Of a DNA stretch of 49,045 nt, positions 9,514-22,942 are shown in pieces (within the stretch, counting starts at the first letter, position 1; every line of letters begins with the position of its first letter). Made by a program: the position numbers and the translations under genes. Below the pieces are notes generated by a model, which searched no databases, was not told where the DNA came from, and was given only the letters and a program-made list of their open reading frames with translations. This DNA comes from Chara braunii (Eukaryota > Plantae > Charophyceae), in assembly GCA_003427395.1 (NCBI GenBank), contig BFEA01000004.1:7677131-7726175 (forward strand), read 5' to 3'.

Positions 9514-10747
9514 TGTCGGAAGTACTCTACCCTGGTCGCTCTGGGAAGGCGGTCAATACCCCTAACGTATCCCCTATCCCTACTATCCTACCTTAGTGTG
9601 ACCAGCACTCAGGACCGTCACCCTACCAGTATCGAGGGGGACTTGGACCGAACAGCAGCGACAGGCACCAGGGCTAGCGACCTAGCCCTGGTTTCTTCAG
9701 GCACCCCTAAGACACAAGGGTGTGGCAAAAACCTCTGACACTTTGTGAAATGCCCCTCGAATGTACGCCAATCACTGATTGGGCCTTGCATCTCTTGCAT
9801 ATGCCCCCGCCGGCTGTCTAGCGCCGAGAGGGTAACTCCTCAACGGGCTCGTCAGCCGACATTTGGGTGTCGAACACGACCCTTGAGATTATCAAGGGCC
9901 GCGCGGTTACGAGTACTATATAGTGTCCCATCAATGCGAATGCTTGCGTATGGCCGCATGGCTGGTCGATATGAGGAGGCCATGCGCTTGCACGACTCTT
10001 ATACGAAAATCCAGCACGCGATACCTATCTGATTTTCGTTGCAAAAGGTTATAGGTTGGATACTGCAGGGACTAGGAGTGTTGTTGTGTTGTTGTGTTGT
10101 TGTGTTGTTTGTGTTAATTGTTTTGTGTTCCTCCATGCGTGTGAGTGTTGTGGTGTAACGCGTGGTGTGTGTGCTGCGTCCTAGTCGACCAGCGTCGAGT
10201 CGCGTTTGGGACCTTAGCCCCCAGTGCGTCAATTCTCGTGCGGGTTCGATTTTTGGGCGTTCGACCGCACGTAACCCCTATGCTACAGCGAACTAGAAAC
10301 CCGCTCGGTTGGGCCACCTCTGCAATTGCATACGAAAAGCCTCCGCATGTGGTTCAATAGCTCGGCAGGGACACGCCCACCCAAGGGATGGTGACAGCTC
10401 CCGCAGGTGGAGGTAAGAGGTGCCTCGCGTGACCCTCCGAGAGGTACGGCTGGCGCACTCGGCCGGAGCGGCAAACGCTCTCCGCGACAAGTCCTGCAAA
10501 ATCCTGCGTGACGCGGTCGGGAGGGTCCCCGTACGAAACCGATGCGCTCGACAGCGCGTCGCGCAGTATTGGTTTATTTTAGGTGTCCATCAGAGCTAGA
10601 CCAAGACTTGGGTCTAGCACTAGCGGTTGCGGCGTCAGACTTTCGTCGAAGAGATTCCGGGATCGAGATTGAGTGTCGGCGGCGCGAGGGCCCGGCGGGG
10701 CTATCCCCCTCGATTTTGTCGTCGGCAACGTCCGATCGGTGGTGACA
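9514..10747 (+). mobile_element. LTR-like non-coding repeat (possible solo LTR); boundaries tentative
   Basis: TG...CA ends; 9927-10560 is clearly homologous to ~31058-31720 on the opposite strand; no TSD found. Confidence 0.5.
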
Positions 10748-12925
10748 CTTTCTAAGGGGTGGTTGTCCCCGCACGACTCACAGGCCCCACAAGACCCGGC
10801 AGTCAGCTGGAGGCAAAAAGAGGAAGTAATCACAATCTTGGGGACGTGGCTGACAACTTTGGGCCCGCCGTCGGACCATGGCCAGGCGTTGGTCCAGATT
10901 GCCATGCAAAGATTTGCTAAATGGGACGGTCTCCATACATCGCTAGTAAACGCACCTGAGGCCAGCCCTGTCAGCTTATCTTTGGAAAAATGACCACGAC
11001 AACACGAGTTGCATCAAAAGAGTTGCGTGGAAATTTGTCACCCAACCAAAGCGAGTGGGAGGCCTTGGCATACTGGACCCGGTGGACGAAATCAAAGCCC
11101 TGATGTTCAAAATTATCACCCGCCTCCTGATGGCCAATGACCTCCCATGGCTCCCTCTCGCTTACATACAGCTGGCTAACCTTGCCCCCCCCCCCCCCCC
11201 CCCTCGCCCGATTCACCCCCTAAGTTGGCTGACAAACAAGGTTTGGTCTCTACCAAGCCCCCCGAGACATACGAGGGATGGCTCCGATCGAAACAGCGTC
11301 AGATGGGATCTCAAATTGACCCGCTGTGGATAACAATTTTGGGCCTGTGGAGGAAGATGGGCCCGACCCAAAAGTCCCCCCCAAATAGGACAAAAGAAAT
11401 TTTGTGACAACCACTGTTTGGGAACTCGCACATATGTGACAATGTTGGGCACTCCTTCACCCTGTCCACTGACTCCCACTGGCTCACATAGGTAAGAAAA
11501 GGCATATTCACAATTGAGGATCTGTGGGACTGCCAAACAGGGACAAGGAAGACTGCACAGCAACTGCAGCCAACTCTAAAAGCGGTATGAAATATTCACA
11601 ATAACTTAAATAGCTTCGAGAGGCGATCCCGCCCCTGTGGGTGGAAGCCCTACGGGAAGGCCCGTCGCTGCGTAGCCTAGACTGGGTCACCCGGGCCAGC
11701 ACGAACCCCATCCCCATGACCATTTATAGGGTGGTCCATGTTACACAGGTAGGCGTGACAACGCATGCATACGAACCTAACGTGTTGGGGACGAGGTGGG
11801 CAGCTCTGAAAAGGGTCCCGGACTTGGACTGCACAATTGCGGCGGACGAGCTAACTAGAATTAGAGTGGTGGGGACAGACGATACAGACTACTATGCCTA
11901 CGAAATGTCCATCCTAGTATACGCACTTCCTTTCGACCCGGGAGAATGGGAATGGGGGGGTCATAACCCCACCCCCATCTGGCAATACACAACGAAAGAG
12001 GGATATAAGCGGGCCTATGTCCTGCTCCCATCCACACAGATAGTTCAACAGAGATGGAAGAGGGATTCCCCGGTAGAAGAGGACAAATTGCGACATATTC
12101 CCTGGACATCCTACGCACACATAATGCCCACCTCCCATCGAGCCCTGCAATGGCAAATAACGCACCGCTGCCTTCCGACTCTGGATTGGGTGACCTCCAG
12201 ATCTAGCTTGGAACAAGCAGGAGTCTTGTCCCCTATCTGCTCCCAATGCGGGGCCGATACCGAAAGCCGCAGAGATGACCTGGAACACTGTTTGCTCACA
12301 TGCCCGGAGGCAATCAGGGTTTGGGAATGGTGGGACGCAATGTGGCATGCCCTCACAGGCACTGTGTTTCACTCGGACATAGCACTCATCCTCTTGGGAA
12401 AACGAAGAAACCACCCCGCATCCTGGACCCCATTCTGTTCGGACATATGCGGCTGGCAGTACTAATGGTAATATGGCAAATGAGATGCTTAGGGGAACGC
12501 CAAGATGCAGCCTTTGGCTATCACCAAGCTAAAGTGGAGTTGGCGGAGGTCCTCTGGACAAACTTGCTGAAAGCCAGCAGGAAATTCGTTGAAGTACTGA
12601 CCGCGAGCCCGGACCGAGAAAGTAAACAACAGGTCATCCAGGCCTTCCGGGAGCTCTAGATCGATCCCCACGGAAAGTTAGCAGAAGTGCGGGATTATGG
12701 AAAGTTATTATGGAAAACCTGGGCACCACAAGAGGACCAATGGTCCTTCCGTCCGCCCGACAGCTTTCCCACCCCTCTACCAGGCCAAACAAAAGGGGCA
12801 ATGGTGTTAATGTCCTCAATAACAAGCTCAACAACCCAGACCCGAAGGGACGTTGGCCCCCAATCACCCCTCCCCTCGCTCAGGATGGCCTTTCCCTCAT
12901 CACTGCCTCCACCACCGACCCCCCC

Positions 12926-12990
<65 letters not shown>

Positions 12991-14128
12991 ATCGGCTCTC
13001 CCCCTCTAACCCCGTCGCCACCCCCCCCAATGCCATCGGACACCCCATTAGCTGCTCCACCCCAGCCTGATGGCCCTCCTTCCCCACGCCCCGCCCCTCC
13101 CCATTCCATATAATCCGCCACCTTCCCCCCTCTCCCCCCCAAGCCGACTCCTGCAACGTCACTGAAAGGTCATCACTATCAAGTCCACAGCGACACCAGA
13201 GGATGCCCACCGGCAGGGAGAGAAGATGGGGCAAAGGGAAAGGGGAAAGGGGGCACACCGATCCAGGTCACAATGCGGGGGGAGAAAGAGTGTTGAGGAA
13301 GGCCAGTGCACTACAGCGGCGGCAGCCCACCATAAGAAACAGATAGCAGGAGCAGGTGGCGATGACGATAAATGGGGATCGACTGGACAGTTAAACTACA
13401 ACAGCGGGCAAATATTTCATGTTGCAGCTTAGGCGTTAATACGAGCCCCACTGGGCAAAGGGCTGCATTCGATACTGGACCGTCTTCCTGAAGCCAGAGT
13501 GGACATTACCATGTCCTGCACTACATGACCCCAGTCATCCCGGTTACACAAGTACTACACACACCAGGCTTTTGTCAATTTCTAGCTATTAAGGGTGCCT
13601 CACGAGATATGAGTTCACTGACACCCATCCTACGCTGACAAACAGGCAAGCAAATTAAGCTATGATAGCAGAAGTGCCTACCTAAGTATAGTCTTGGAAG
13701 GCAAGTTCTGTAGTCTGAGCTTCTGGACTCAAGGATTTTGAAGGTCGGGTGTATGAGGTTGAAGAGGGTAGAGGGTATAGGGTTTAAGGGGTTCAAGGGA
13801 TAAAATAGGTCTGACATTCTAATGGGGGGCTGCTGACTAGGGCTGGGCTAGCAAATACGGAGTGCTCCAAGAAGGGAAGGGAATCACTAGCAGCTCCATG
13901 GGACAACGAAGACCCGAGTCTGAGAAGAGAAAAAACCCACAGCCGCAGGAAAGAACAAACAACGAGATGTTGGACCCGGTTTCCAGCAGGTGCCGCTCCC
14001 CACCAATAGATGGAGCAGCCCGACAGATAAACCCTCAATCCTGACGGTTCTCTTACCACCGTCGCGATAGAGGGTTTACATAAGGGCTATTCGTGCAAAA
14101 ATAATAATAATAATAATAATAATAATAA
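10748..14128 (+). mobile_element. 5'-truncated L1/Tx1-type LINE (late RT region, zf-RVT, long C-rich 3' UTR, A/(TAA)n tail); pseudogenised
   Basis: GGLGILDP and HRALQWQITHRCLPT..CSQCG..LEHCLLTCPEA..W; multiple stops and frameshifts; conserved 3' motif at 13969-14016; tail at 14097-14128. Confidence 0.9.
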
Positions 14129-14495
14129 TTTTTTTTAGTGTCGTATTTCTATTATTTTCTTGTTATACTCCGGCGTGCCATTGACCCGAACGCGACGCCA
14201 GACTTAAGGGCCATCACGGCAGTCGAGTACCTTGAGTGCGCGCCTCGTTTGAAGGGTCCGCATGTTCCGGATGTTGCCGATTCGGAAAGTCCCCTACCAC
14301 GCCATTGCTGAGAACAGGGGGCGGCCGGGGTTTGAGTTTGTAATTGCACTTGAGGGGAAAATGTCGGTAATGCTGAATGTATATGACCTACGTTTTGGGT
14401 CCGGTGAGATCTCGTGGGGTTGTGTTGTATTCGCAGGATTGCCAGAAATGCGATTACAAACTGTTTTTGTGACTGCGCCGAGGTTACCTCCTTTA

Positions 14496-14758
14496 TGGTA
14501 TTACGGGGAACCCCGTAGCAGCCACACTCGTGCTCAAGCCTCCAACAAGGGAACATGTGGGAGTTGCACCCACCAGTAGGTGCGATACCTGCCGCATCAG
14601 GAGGGGTGATACCTGTCGGGGGTCAGATGACAACATATGGACCGAGCTTCTTCGAGGGGCTAGTCACTGTCCCCTTCCTCAGGTCCCCTCGGCCTATGAG
14701 CACAGAGGCAATCGCTGCTCAGTGCCACTTGGGGAGGACCGACGACATATCTCTGGGT
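14496..14758 (-). mobile_element. SINE family A body, copy 3 (headless); provides the empty site for MITE 7909-8398
   Basis: Reverse complement aligns with ~7655-7908 plus 8402-8412. Confidence 0.8.
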
Positions 14759-15945
14759 CGCGGGCGTGGGTCCAGACGGGCAGCGCCGGGGAGCAGGGGC
14801 GGAGCAACGGTGCAAGCGGCCGGTGGGTAGAGTGTTGCAAGGCACTGTCGGGTTGGCACAGGTAAGGATGAGCGGAGTGGGCAGAGTTAGGCAGATAGCG
14901 AGCGAGGCGCATCGGAGGAAGATACGCAGTGGGGAAAGCAAATAACGCGACGAGGAAGCAATAGTGGAGAAAATGAGCTAACGGGGTGAAAAGCGCATAG
15001 CACATCCAATCCCCAACGGATTCAGGCGAACTAAAAACCCATTCCGAGGTTTTTAGATCGGGCGGCTCAAAATCTAGCGTTAGTTTTAGAGGAAAGTTAG
15101 TAGACGAAGAGATTAGTAGAGTGGAGGGTGCGCGGAGATGGCAGATGAAGAAAGGGGAAAGAGAAGTAGCTCACTCGATTCACCACGGAATCGAGCGGGG
15201 AAAGGGGCGATTTGGGGGTTTTGTGGTAGGGCGAATGTACCGGCGGTGTTAGTTTTAGCGATTAGTTAGTAAATTGGGAGCTAGCAGAGAGAAGCGCCGC
15301 GTGGAAGTACCGGAGGAGCTAGATAGGATCGGGAGAATTTTAAATATTTTGCCCGATCCTTCAAGGAATCAGGCTGAGTAAGATACTAAACTAAGTTTTT
15401 AGTGATAGGCGATTCCGGATCTATGATCAGAAAGAGGTGAAAGTTAGTAAAAGGAGAGTTAGTAAAGAAAAGGCTTGCGAGAGAATATGGGGAACGTGGC
15501 TATGGCTAGAGCAGATGATCGCTCAAACTCGCTCGCTTCTTGTTGAAAACGAGCAAGTGAAGATCGGTTTCGGGAATGTCCATGTATTGCGAGTCGATTG
15601 ACACGGTCGGATTTTGGATTTAATGGGTAGGTTTGGCGGTATGGTAGCTCTGAGTTTCGCCTGGGGGAGTAGTTAACTAGTGCCTAATGATGGAGTGAAT
15701 CTAGCCGCGTTTACGGACAAATTCATTCGATCTTGGACCAGCCATCGAAGCAAGTAGCGTGGGGCCAGCTGCGAGGTTAGAGACTTGCCTGTTGCTCGGG
15801 GCGTTGCTCATCCTGTTGATGGAAGTAGCTCCCGCTAGCTTCTACAAAAACGACCGATCTGGCGATGCAGTATGAACCAAGATCGAGCTACGAAAGCCAA
15901 CCTGCGCCCTGACCTGGTTCTTGACTACTTTCCAAAATAATTTTG
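14759..15945. repeat. Unclassified purine-rich non-coding insertion (possibly a decayed LTR)
   Basis: Truncates the SINE copy; no ORFs; conspicuously rich in TAG/CTA. Confidence 0.35.
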
Positions 15946-15946
15946 G

Positions 15947-17328
15947 GTGGCCTGTTGGGATGTGTTGGGACCAGACCTCATGGACTATGTTAATGTCGTC
16001 CTCATGGAAAGCACGCTTGGAGGCCTGCTCAACCAAGGGGTCACCACCCCCTCTAGAAAAAGGCAGCAAAGAATGAGGTTTGTAATTACAGATGGGTCAC
16101 GTTATTGTCGGTCTCGTATAAGATGGTAGCCAAGACCTTGACGAATCGCATGCTTCCCCACATGAAATACCTTATCCGCCTGGATGAAACAGGTTTCATA
16201 CTCGATAGGCATGTCCAGGACAACAACTTGTTGGTGAATGAGACAATCAAATACGCCAGGCAAAGAGGCAAGGAAACGACGGTCATCTTCATACTTCGAG
16301 AAAGCCTATGACCACGCGGATTGGACCGTCTTCAACTGCTACCACTGGAAAATGAACTTTGATTCGACCTTTTGCAGATGGGTGCACACACTGCAACGGA
16401 CCAATACAACAAACGTTATGGTAAATGGTCACGTATCTGAGCCATTTTTGCTACAAAGGTCAGTGGGTTGTATTTGAGATCCCCCACCACCTTATCCTGA
16501 TCGCCTCACTATTTGCAGATGACCTCACTGTTTTGCTAAAGGCTAACCAATCTTCCCTATGGATTTTGGTAGAAATAATTGAGTGCTTCTCGATCGAATT
16601 GGATATGGTAGTTAACTGGGGGGGCAAGGCTGAGGGCGGATGGCTCCACCCGAGTGGTGAACAGCCCCTGGTACATCCGGCCATAGCTTGGAAAAGCAAA
16701 GAGGAAGTGGTAAGGACACTAGGGGTTCACCTCTCTGCAGCAGGACCCCCACAAAACCATGGAGCCACACTGGTGGAGGAAGAGTTAAGAAGAATGGTCA
16801 GATGTAAGGAGTTGCACATATCAATAGTGGGGAGGGCCTTGGCTCTCAACTCGACAATCTTCTCCTCCATTTGGTACAAGGCAACATGCTGGCCCATACA
16901 GCCCAATCAGCTGCGAAGGTGAAAAAGTGCAACTGCAGCCTATATATGGAAAAACAACCATCAGAACCCGTCCTTCCTCTCGAGGGTGGCCTGGGACCTC
17001 ATAGCTCAGCCAAGAACACAAGGGAGGCTAGCCATAGGATCAACTGAATACTCTCTCCTTCAAGGTGATAACTTGGCTGCTTCTGGGAAATGAAGTCTTG
17101 ACAGTGGTCCCCGTACGCCTGTATACAGATTGCAAATCTGGCCTCTTCCCCCCCCCATGATAAACAGCTCCACCCTCTCAAGTGGTTAACTAAATCGGCC
17201 AAGACGATTCCGGGACCTTCCGCATTAGTACAACCCGCCTCTCCTCAAAGCCAGATGAAGTGGGACATAAATAATGACCCCATCTGGCCAAGTATGGCTA
17301 GGCTGTGGAGAGAGATGGGCCCATGGCC
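15947..17328 (+). pseudogene. L1/Tx1-type LINE ORF2 reverse transcriptase fragment
   Basis: WDVLGPDL, SYKMVAKTLTNRM, TGFILDRHVQDN, FEKAYDH, SLFADDLTV, SIVGRALALNS; frameshifted. Confidence 0.9.
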
Positions 17329-19907
17329 TGTAGCTCAGTGGTTAGGGGTCGGTTGTCAATGGGCGTTGTGGTTTGAGGGTGTGGGTCCAGAACTCCATAC
17401 CTTCGCGCAGAGACACCGAACTCCGCACCTCCGTAGTAGTAACCCAACGCCATAACCTATAGGGCTAAGCCCAAGCCTGGGGTTAGCAGGCGCTGCATCC
17501 CACATAAAGTGGTGCGGCCCAGCGCCTGAGGCCGAAACAGGCCTAACAGCTCACCCCTTCCTACAAACGGTGTTGCGGCCGCTTCGTGTCAATGCCGCCT
17601 TACCTGCCGACCCTGCCATTGGTCAGCCCAGCGGACAAGGGCCCGCCCCCTAACTCCCAATCTAATCACCGGGGCTAAGTTAGACCGGACGTCTATGCCG
17701 CCCGTACAATCAAAGGGGCAAAATCACACGAGCGCCTCGAAACTGCGCGCCCACTCACCCTACCTACTTAGACAACCCTGGTGCATACATAGGTAGCCGC
17801 TTGAACACACAGGCCTGGACCCTCGGCCCCGCTGTCACTTGCAAAAACCGGGGCGGATAGCCTTGCAAGGGTATTTGCGCCGACAGCCTACCGGACTATA
17901 TTAAGCGACGTCCCTGTCGCTTCGGAAGATCGAAAAGCTATCAATCCATCCACACAACAAAATATTGACGAGAAGGAACCAGTCCGATCAGTCGACAAAC
18001 TTGGGTTCGAGGTCCCCCGCCGTCCATGCCCACACAACTTTATGCTGCCAGAGTTTCAACCTGGGTCTCCACTGTCCTGACACAAGGACACCGGTGTACT
18101 ACGCATCGGTACTACAACATAAGTTCCAAAGACCCTTATACCCGCCCTCTCCTCCTTTGTCCTAGACAAACGTCGGCCTCTCGTTGGGTGTCCCCAACCC
18201 TTACCCGGTAAGCAGGGTCATAACCGGGAACGCGGGCCCTAACCGAGACCTTTGAAGGCTCCTTCGCCTTTCTCTCAAAAAATCCTCACAATCAAACGCA
18301 TATTCATGTGCATCCTCAACCCTCTCTCAGCGGCTTCTGCAGTCTAGTTCGGAAGTGCTAGGTCTCCATCTTGGCCCACCATAGTCTGATTGATCAGACC
18401 AGATTTACGGTCCACCGCGTTGTTGTTTTAGCGGTAGTGCCCTCGCAGGTTGCGCCACGATAGGCTTTCTCCTGATAAGCACTCAATCAGGACTTCCCAA
18501 AAGACTCGTATGACTCGACTCCTATCCCAGGCCGTTCCACAGGGGTAAAACCTTCTCAAGTGGCCACACCCTTTAAGCCTTTACTCCCGTGGTCAGACGT
18601 GGGCCCGCGGCCAGGTTGTGCCGGCCCGCGGCCATCCCTAGGGGTTACGCCCTAGTGGTGCCAAAACTTTACCGTTTAGCTTGGTCTTCGTTATGTGCCT
18701 TGAGATTAGCACGAGCGGTCGGACAGTGCGTCGCAACAATACAGGCCTATTGCGAGACTGCGCCTAGGCCTGTCGCACACGAAAGGTATTTACCAGTCCC
18801 TTGTGGGACAACACAGACGAAACATGGCAACCTCTCCACATTCACAAACAAGAGCACCGCCAGACCCACTAGGCCGTGATCTCCAACTTGATCAGAGTAA
18901 GAGCGTCACACATCTCAATGACACCTCTCAAAATCAAACATTTTGCGACATTCTCAGAATCTCGTCAAGTGGCCAGCAGAACCTGGTTCCTTTCGTCAGT
19001 CTTTTATCTTACCAACCCGGCTTGTCATGCCATTAGATCTATTAACCGCCCTTCCCATGAAGGAGGTTCTATTCAATAGGTCTGTCAGCCACCCTTTCCT
19101 TTCCAGGATGAGCTCTCCCATGACCCTCGCAAACATCTTCATTTCCTGAAGATGAGTCCCCCCAAATAAGCATGGGATACAACTTAACCATAACAATAAT
19201 ACGAAACAGGAGTCCAACTTATGGGTCTCCAACACAACTTAGACACGTAACACACTTGGCATGATAAGCTTTCGAGTCTCATGGACTCAGGGATCCTTTG
19301 GGATCCTTACAACTCTTTCCACAAAACAGACTGCGCTTCCTCTCCTTATACTCGGCTCTAGCATCTGCCCATGGGCATGTCGCACAAGTATACCGAAGAG
19401 TAGACAATTCACATTTGCTCACAAGGCATAAGCATATGAGCTGTTTGTCACACAAATCCCACACAAATCATCATATATCGGAAAACCACACATGTGAGAG
19501 TGGGAGTGATCGTCAAACACAGGGAAGTAGTCTCAACACCTCACTCGGTATATACCCAACAATAGAATATCTCTCAAACCCCAACATCAATATTCAAGTG
19601 TTCTGTCCCTTTTCACATCCAATGGACCCATACCCTAGGTGTCACTGACTCTTACATCACCTATAGGTGGGCCCTGAGCTCAAAACAAAAACAATACAAT
19701 TAGGTGTTCTAAGTATCACACAATTGAGTCTCAGTCCCCGGGATCGTAACACGGATAGAACCTCAATCCTTACCGTACACTGACCCTTGGTCGTACATAA
19801 CACCCTAAGATACATGTATCTGACTCGTGATACCCTGTGCCCTTGACTCGCTCTTTCTATATACAAAAAACACCTCACTTCTACTGGCATACAGGCGAAC
19901 CAGCCCC

Positions 19908-22745
19908 TTACTCGCTCATCTCCTCCTGGTTTTACCTATACAACTAGGCTCGACCCCCATCCGGAGCCCTCTCTACCACTCAGCCCTGTCTATCATACAT
20001 CTTGCCATCCTGCTCGGTAACCCGCCCCTCAGCCTTGTCCTTAAGGAACTTAGGACACTCCTGGGCCCTATGCACACCATCCAGGAAATAGAAACACATA
20101 ACCTCCGATTTTCTCTGAAATCTCTTCTTCTTTCTCTGGGTTCCTGATAACGGAGGTGCCTCTTCCTTCTCCTTGCTCGCTTCATGACTCTGGGGCAGGT
20201 GCCACGGTCCTTCAGCTCCTTCGATTCTCTGGGCACTTAATTCCCCTCGCTGCATCTCTCCCTCGGGCTGGTACTCAGGGGTATCCAACCTCAGTGGCCT
20301 GCCCTCGCGGGTTCCCTCTGCCATAGCCGCTTCCTCATTCTCGTGAGGCCTCGGAGTCTGGGGAGTAGCGGCTATAGTAGGCTGGCTCGTGGCCTCCTGC
20401 TGCCGCTGATCAGTAGTCGGTCCTCCCGAATCGGTCCCAATGGCCCACGAGCCCAGCTGTGCCCTCAATTCCCCCATCTCTGGCTCATGCTCCGGGGTCC
20501 TTTGCTCCTGAGGCTCCTTCGGCGGCATATCCACCTCCATGGCAGCTACCAACTCGTCCAGACATGACGGCTCCTTCTCCTGTGCCTTAAGCTGTGGAGG
20601 CTCCACCGCTCCAGTGAGAGTCCCCTCCTGTACGTCCAGAAGGATCGCTAGTGACTCCTCAGCCGCCCCCTCTTCTACTGGTGCAGGTTGGGGTTCTTGG
20701 GTCAGCGCCTCCATAGGGGTATCTGCCGAAGTAGGGGCCTCTGGCTGCGAGGCCAGCTCAGTGGGAGCCTTGAACTCAAAGCTTCCCTTGTTGGCTTCCT
20801 TTCTTGCCTCTGCCTCAGCTCGGTCAAAAAATACCTTCCCCAACTTCTCTTGCCGAGATGCCTCTGCTGCCTCCTGTTGGCCAAACAACCCTTGCACCCC
20901 CTTGCCTTGGATGCCGTACCTGCTCTGCTCAGTCCAGTCGATCACCTTGGTAGCGACAAATCTTTCCACTGCTGCCGCCATTTCCTTGAGCTTTGCTTCC
21001 CACTCAACCTCCTTTGCTTCCAGGCGAGTTTGCCAGGCCTTGTTCTCGACCCTCTCCTCTGCGAGTTGGGCAGTCAGTTGTTCCACCTCCTCTTTCCTGA
21101 GGGCCAGCTCATCACTGAGTAGCGAGTACCTTTGAAAGGCCGTGATGGATGCCTGCTTTATCTCCTTGTCCACCCACTCGATGACCTTTCTAGTGGCAAC
21201 AAAACCCAACTCCCCAATCTCTACTGCCTCGTCTGCACCCTCAGATGCCTGGCTCGTCTCTTGTGCCCTCTGGCGAGCTGTCTCACTCCGCCCCTCATAT
21301 CTGGCCCACAACTCGTCAATCCTCTGCTCATTCGTCTTAGGGTCGACTGGTGGCGTTGGCACTATCCCTGCAGCCTCCATCCTGTCCCGTCGCTCATGTA
21401 TCTCCGCAAGGCGAGCTCGTACCTTGGCACGCTTTGCCTGGGCGGCTCCGTCTGGCTCCCTTCCTGTGCCTGCCTTCGTGGCTTTCCCAGTCACAACTTG
21501 CGAACCCTCTTCTAACTCAGTACATGCTGGTCCTGATGATGCCCCAACCAGGCTGGGCTCCTCAATGTCAGGGTGCTCAGCTGCATGTGAGGCCAAACGT
21601 GAATCAATGACTAGGCGGGGCTTAACTCTCCACCCTTCCTCCGGTCCCCGTGCCTCAACCTCCTGCCTGGGTGACATAGCGGCTTCTGGTGGTGGTACTG
21701 GGGCCTCCTGGCTGTCTGGCTCCAGGACGCCCTCTGGCCAAGACTGCCGCGTTTGAACTCGAGCTAGGAAGTCGGGAGGAGTATCACCTTCCACCATAAT
21801 AACATCTTTCGCCCCTACCCCCTTCAATCGGAGTGGCTCTGCCTCGGGCTCGGGGCGAATTCGCTCCTCTCCCGATGGGTCCATAGGGCTCACTCCTACT
21901 GAAGGGGCCTCCCACTGGGACGCGTCCAGGTGGGCTTCCAGGCTCCTGAACGGCGCTGTCGGTACCTCGCTCTCCCTCCGATCTGGTGCCTGTGGCGAGG
22001 ATCCTGGTAAGTCACCCTCCATAACCGGATGGAACTCCACCTGCCTGAGGCCACAAGCAGGGAAGGACTCCCCCGCTCTAGTTAGTCCTGCTTGTCCTCC
22101 TTCCCGCTGTGCCAAGGCTTTCCGACCGTCTCTCGACGCCACCGGCTCTCTTGCCTCCAAATCTCTTAACCTCTTGCTCCGCCGTCTTCTATCAACCTTG
22201 GGTTCTGGCCTCTCTGGTTCCGGCCGCCGGAACGCCTCCCTCAACTGAGCCCGACAATCCTCCCAATCTCGTGCCCGACCCCGAATCTGCCTCGCCAGCG
22301 GACGCTCCGCTCCTCTGGTCCAAATGAGTAGCGCCTGCACCCACTCATCCCTCGGAACCCCCTGATCGCTCATATATTGTTCGTATGCCGGGATGAACTC
22401 CTCCACGTTCCCTTCCTCCAAGCAGATAGGTAGCCCATCACTCCCCAAAGGTGAAGCTCTCAATCTCTGCATCCTTGCCTCTACCTCTGACCAGGTCAGG
22501 GCCTCCTCCCTGATTTGCACAATGGGCTCCTCGAACCTCCCAATTCCCCTCAAGTGACGTATCCTCTCAGACACGTCCCATCCTCTTTGGGCTGCATGCT
22601 CTCGATAGGCGTCCAAGAAGAGCTCGATGTTGTCGTCATCAAACACGGGTGTAGGCTCTCTCCTGAAGGGCCCATGCCGCTCCTCCCCTCCGGATGCCCC
22701 GAGAGGTCTCTGTCGTGGCCGAGTGCCCCGCCCACCCCTCTACAT
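19908..22745 (-). pseudogene. Gag-like ORF downstream of integrase: tandem capsid-like repeats, acidic/proline-rich linker, coiled coil and degenerate CCHC knuckle
   Basis: Open frame 22646-19980 (888 aa); in-frame ATG at 22745 followed by TAG; repeats FDDDNIELFLDAYREHA..W and LEEGNVEEFIPAYEQYM..W; C-FY-F-x4-H-x4-C; reading through three stops gives RVVERAPDGGRAQLYRQNQEEMSE ending at 19908. Confidence 0.75.
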
Positions 22746-22942
22746 GGCTGCCTTCAAAAAGTCAAACCTGCACATCAGGCGAAACGAAGCAAACAGGCAC
22801 ACGACAAGATCAGCATATGCGCTCAACAGTCTTCAGAGCAAATATACACCCAATCTCATACACATCAAGCCTTTCTTCGATTCCAATCATGGCATGCAAT
22901 ACTTAGGACAAGGGTCTACTCTGGGAGGGATCGCGACTTAAC

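Noticed and set aside
12687-13258. Proline- or glycine-rich protein ORFs
   Set aside because: They arise from a poly(C) tract in a LINE 3' region; likewise the microsatellite ORFs at 2230-2688 and 3372-4415.
17325-17346. tRNA 5' end or A box (GGCCTGTAGCTCAGTGGTTAG)
   Set aside because: No B box or cloverleaf follows; the match straddles the LINE/LTR junction and is probably chance.
19980-22646. Envelope glycoprotein
   Set aside because: No signal peptide or transmembrane segment is visible; the protein is highly charged with Gag-like motifs.
19980-22646. gag of a second tandem element
   Set aside because: No LTR or PBS in the ~200 bp after integrase, and no protease after the zinc knuckle.
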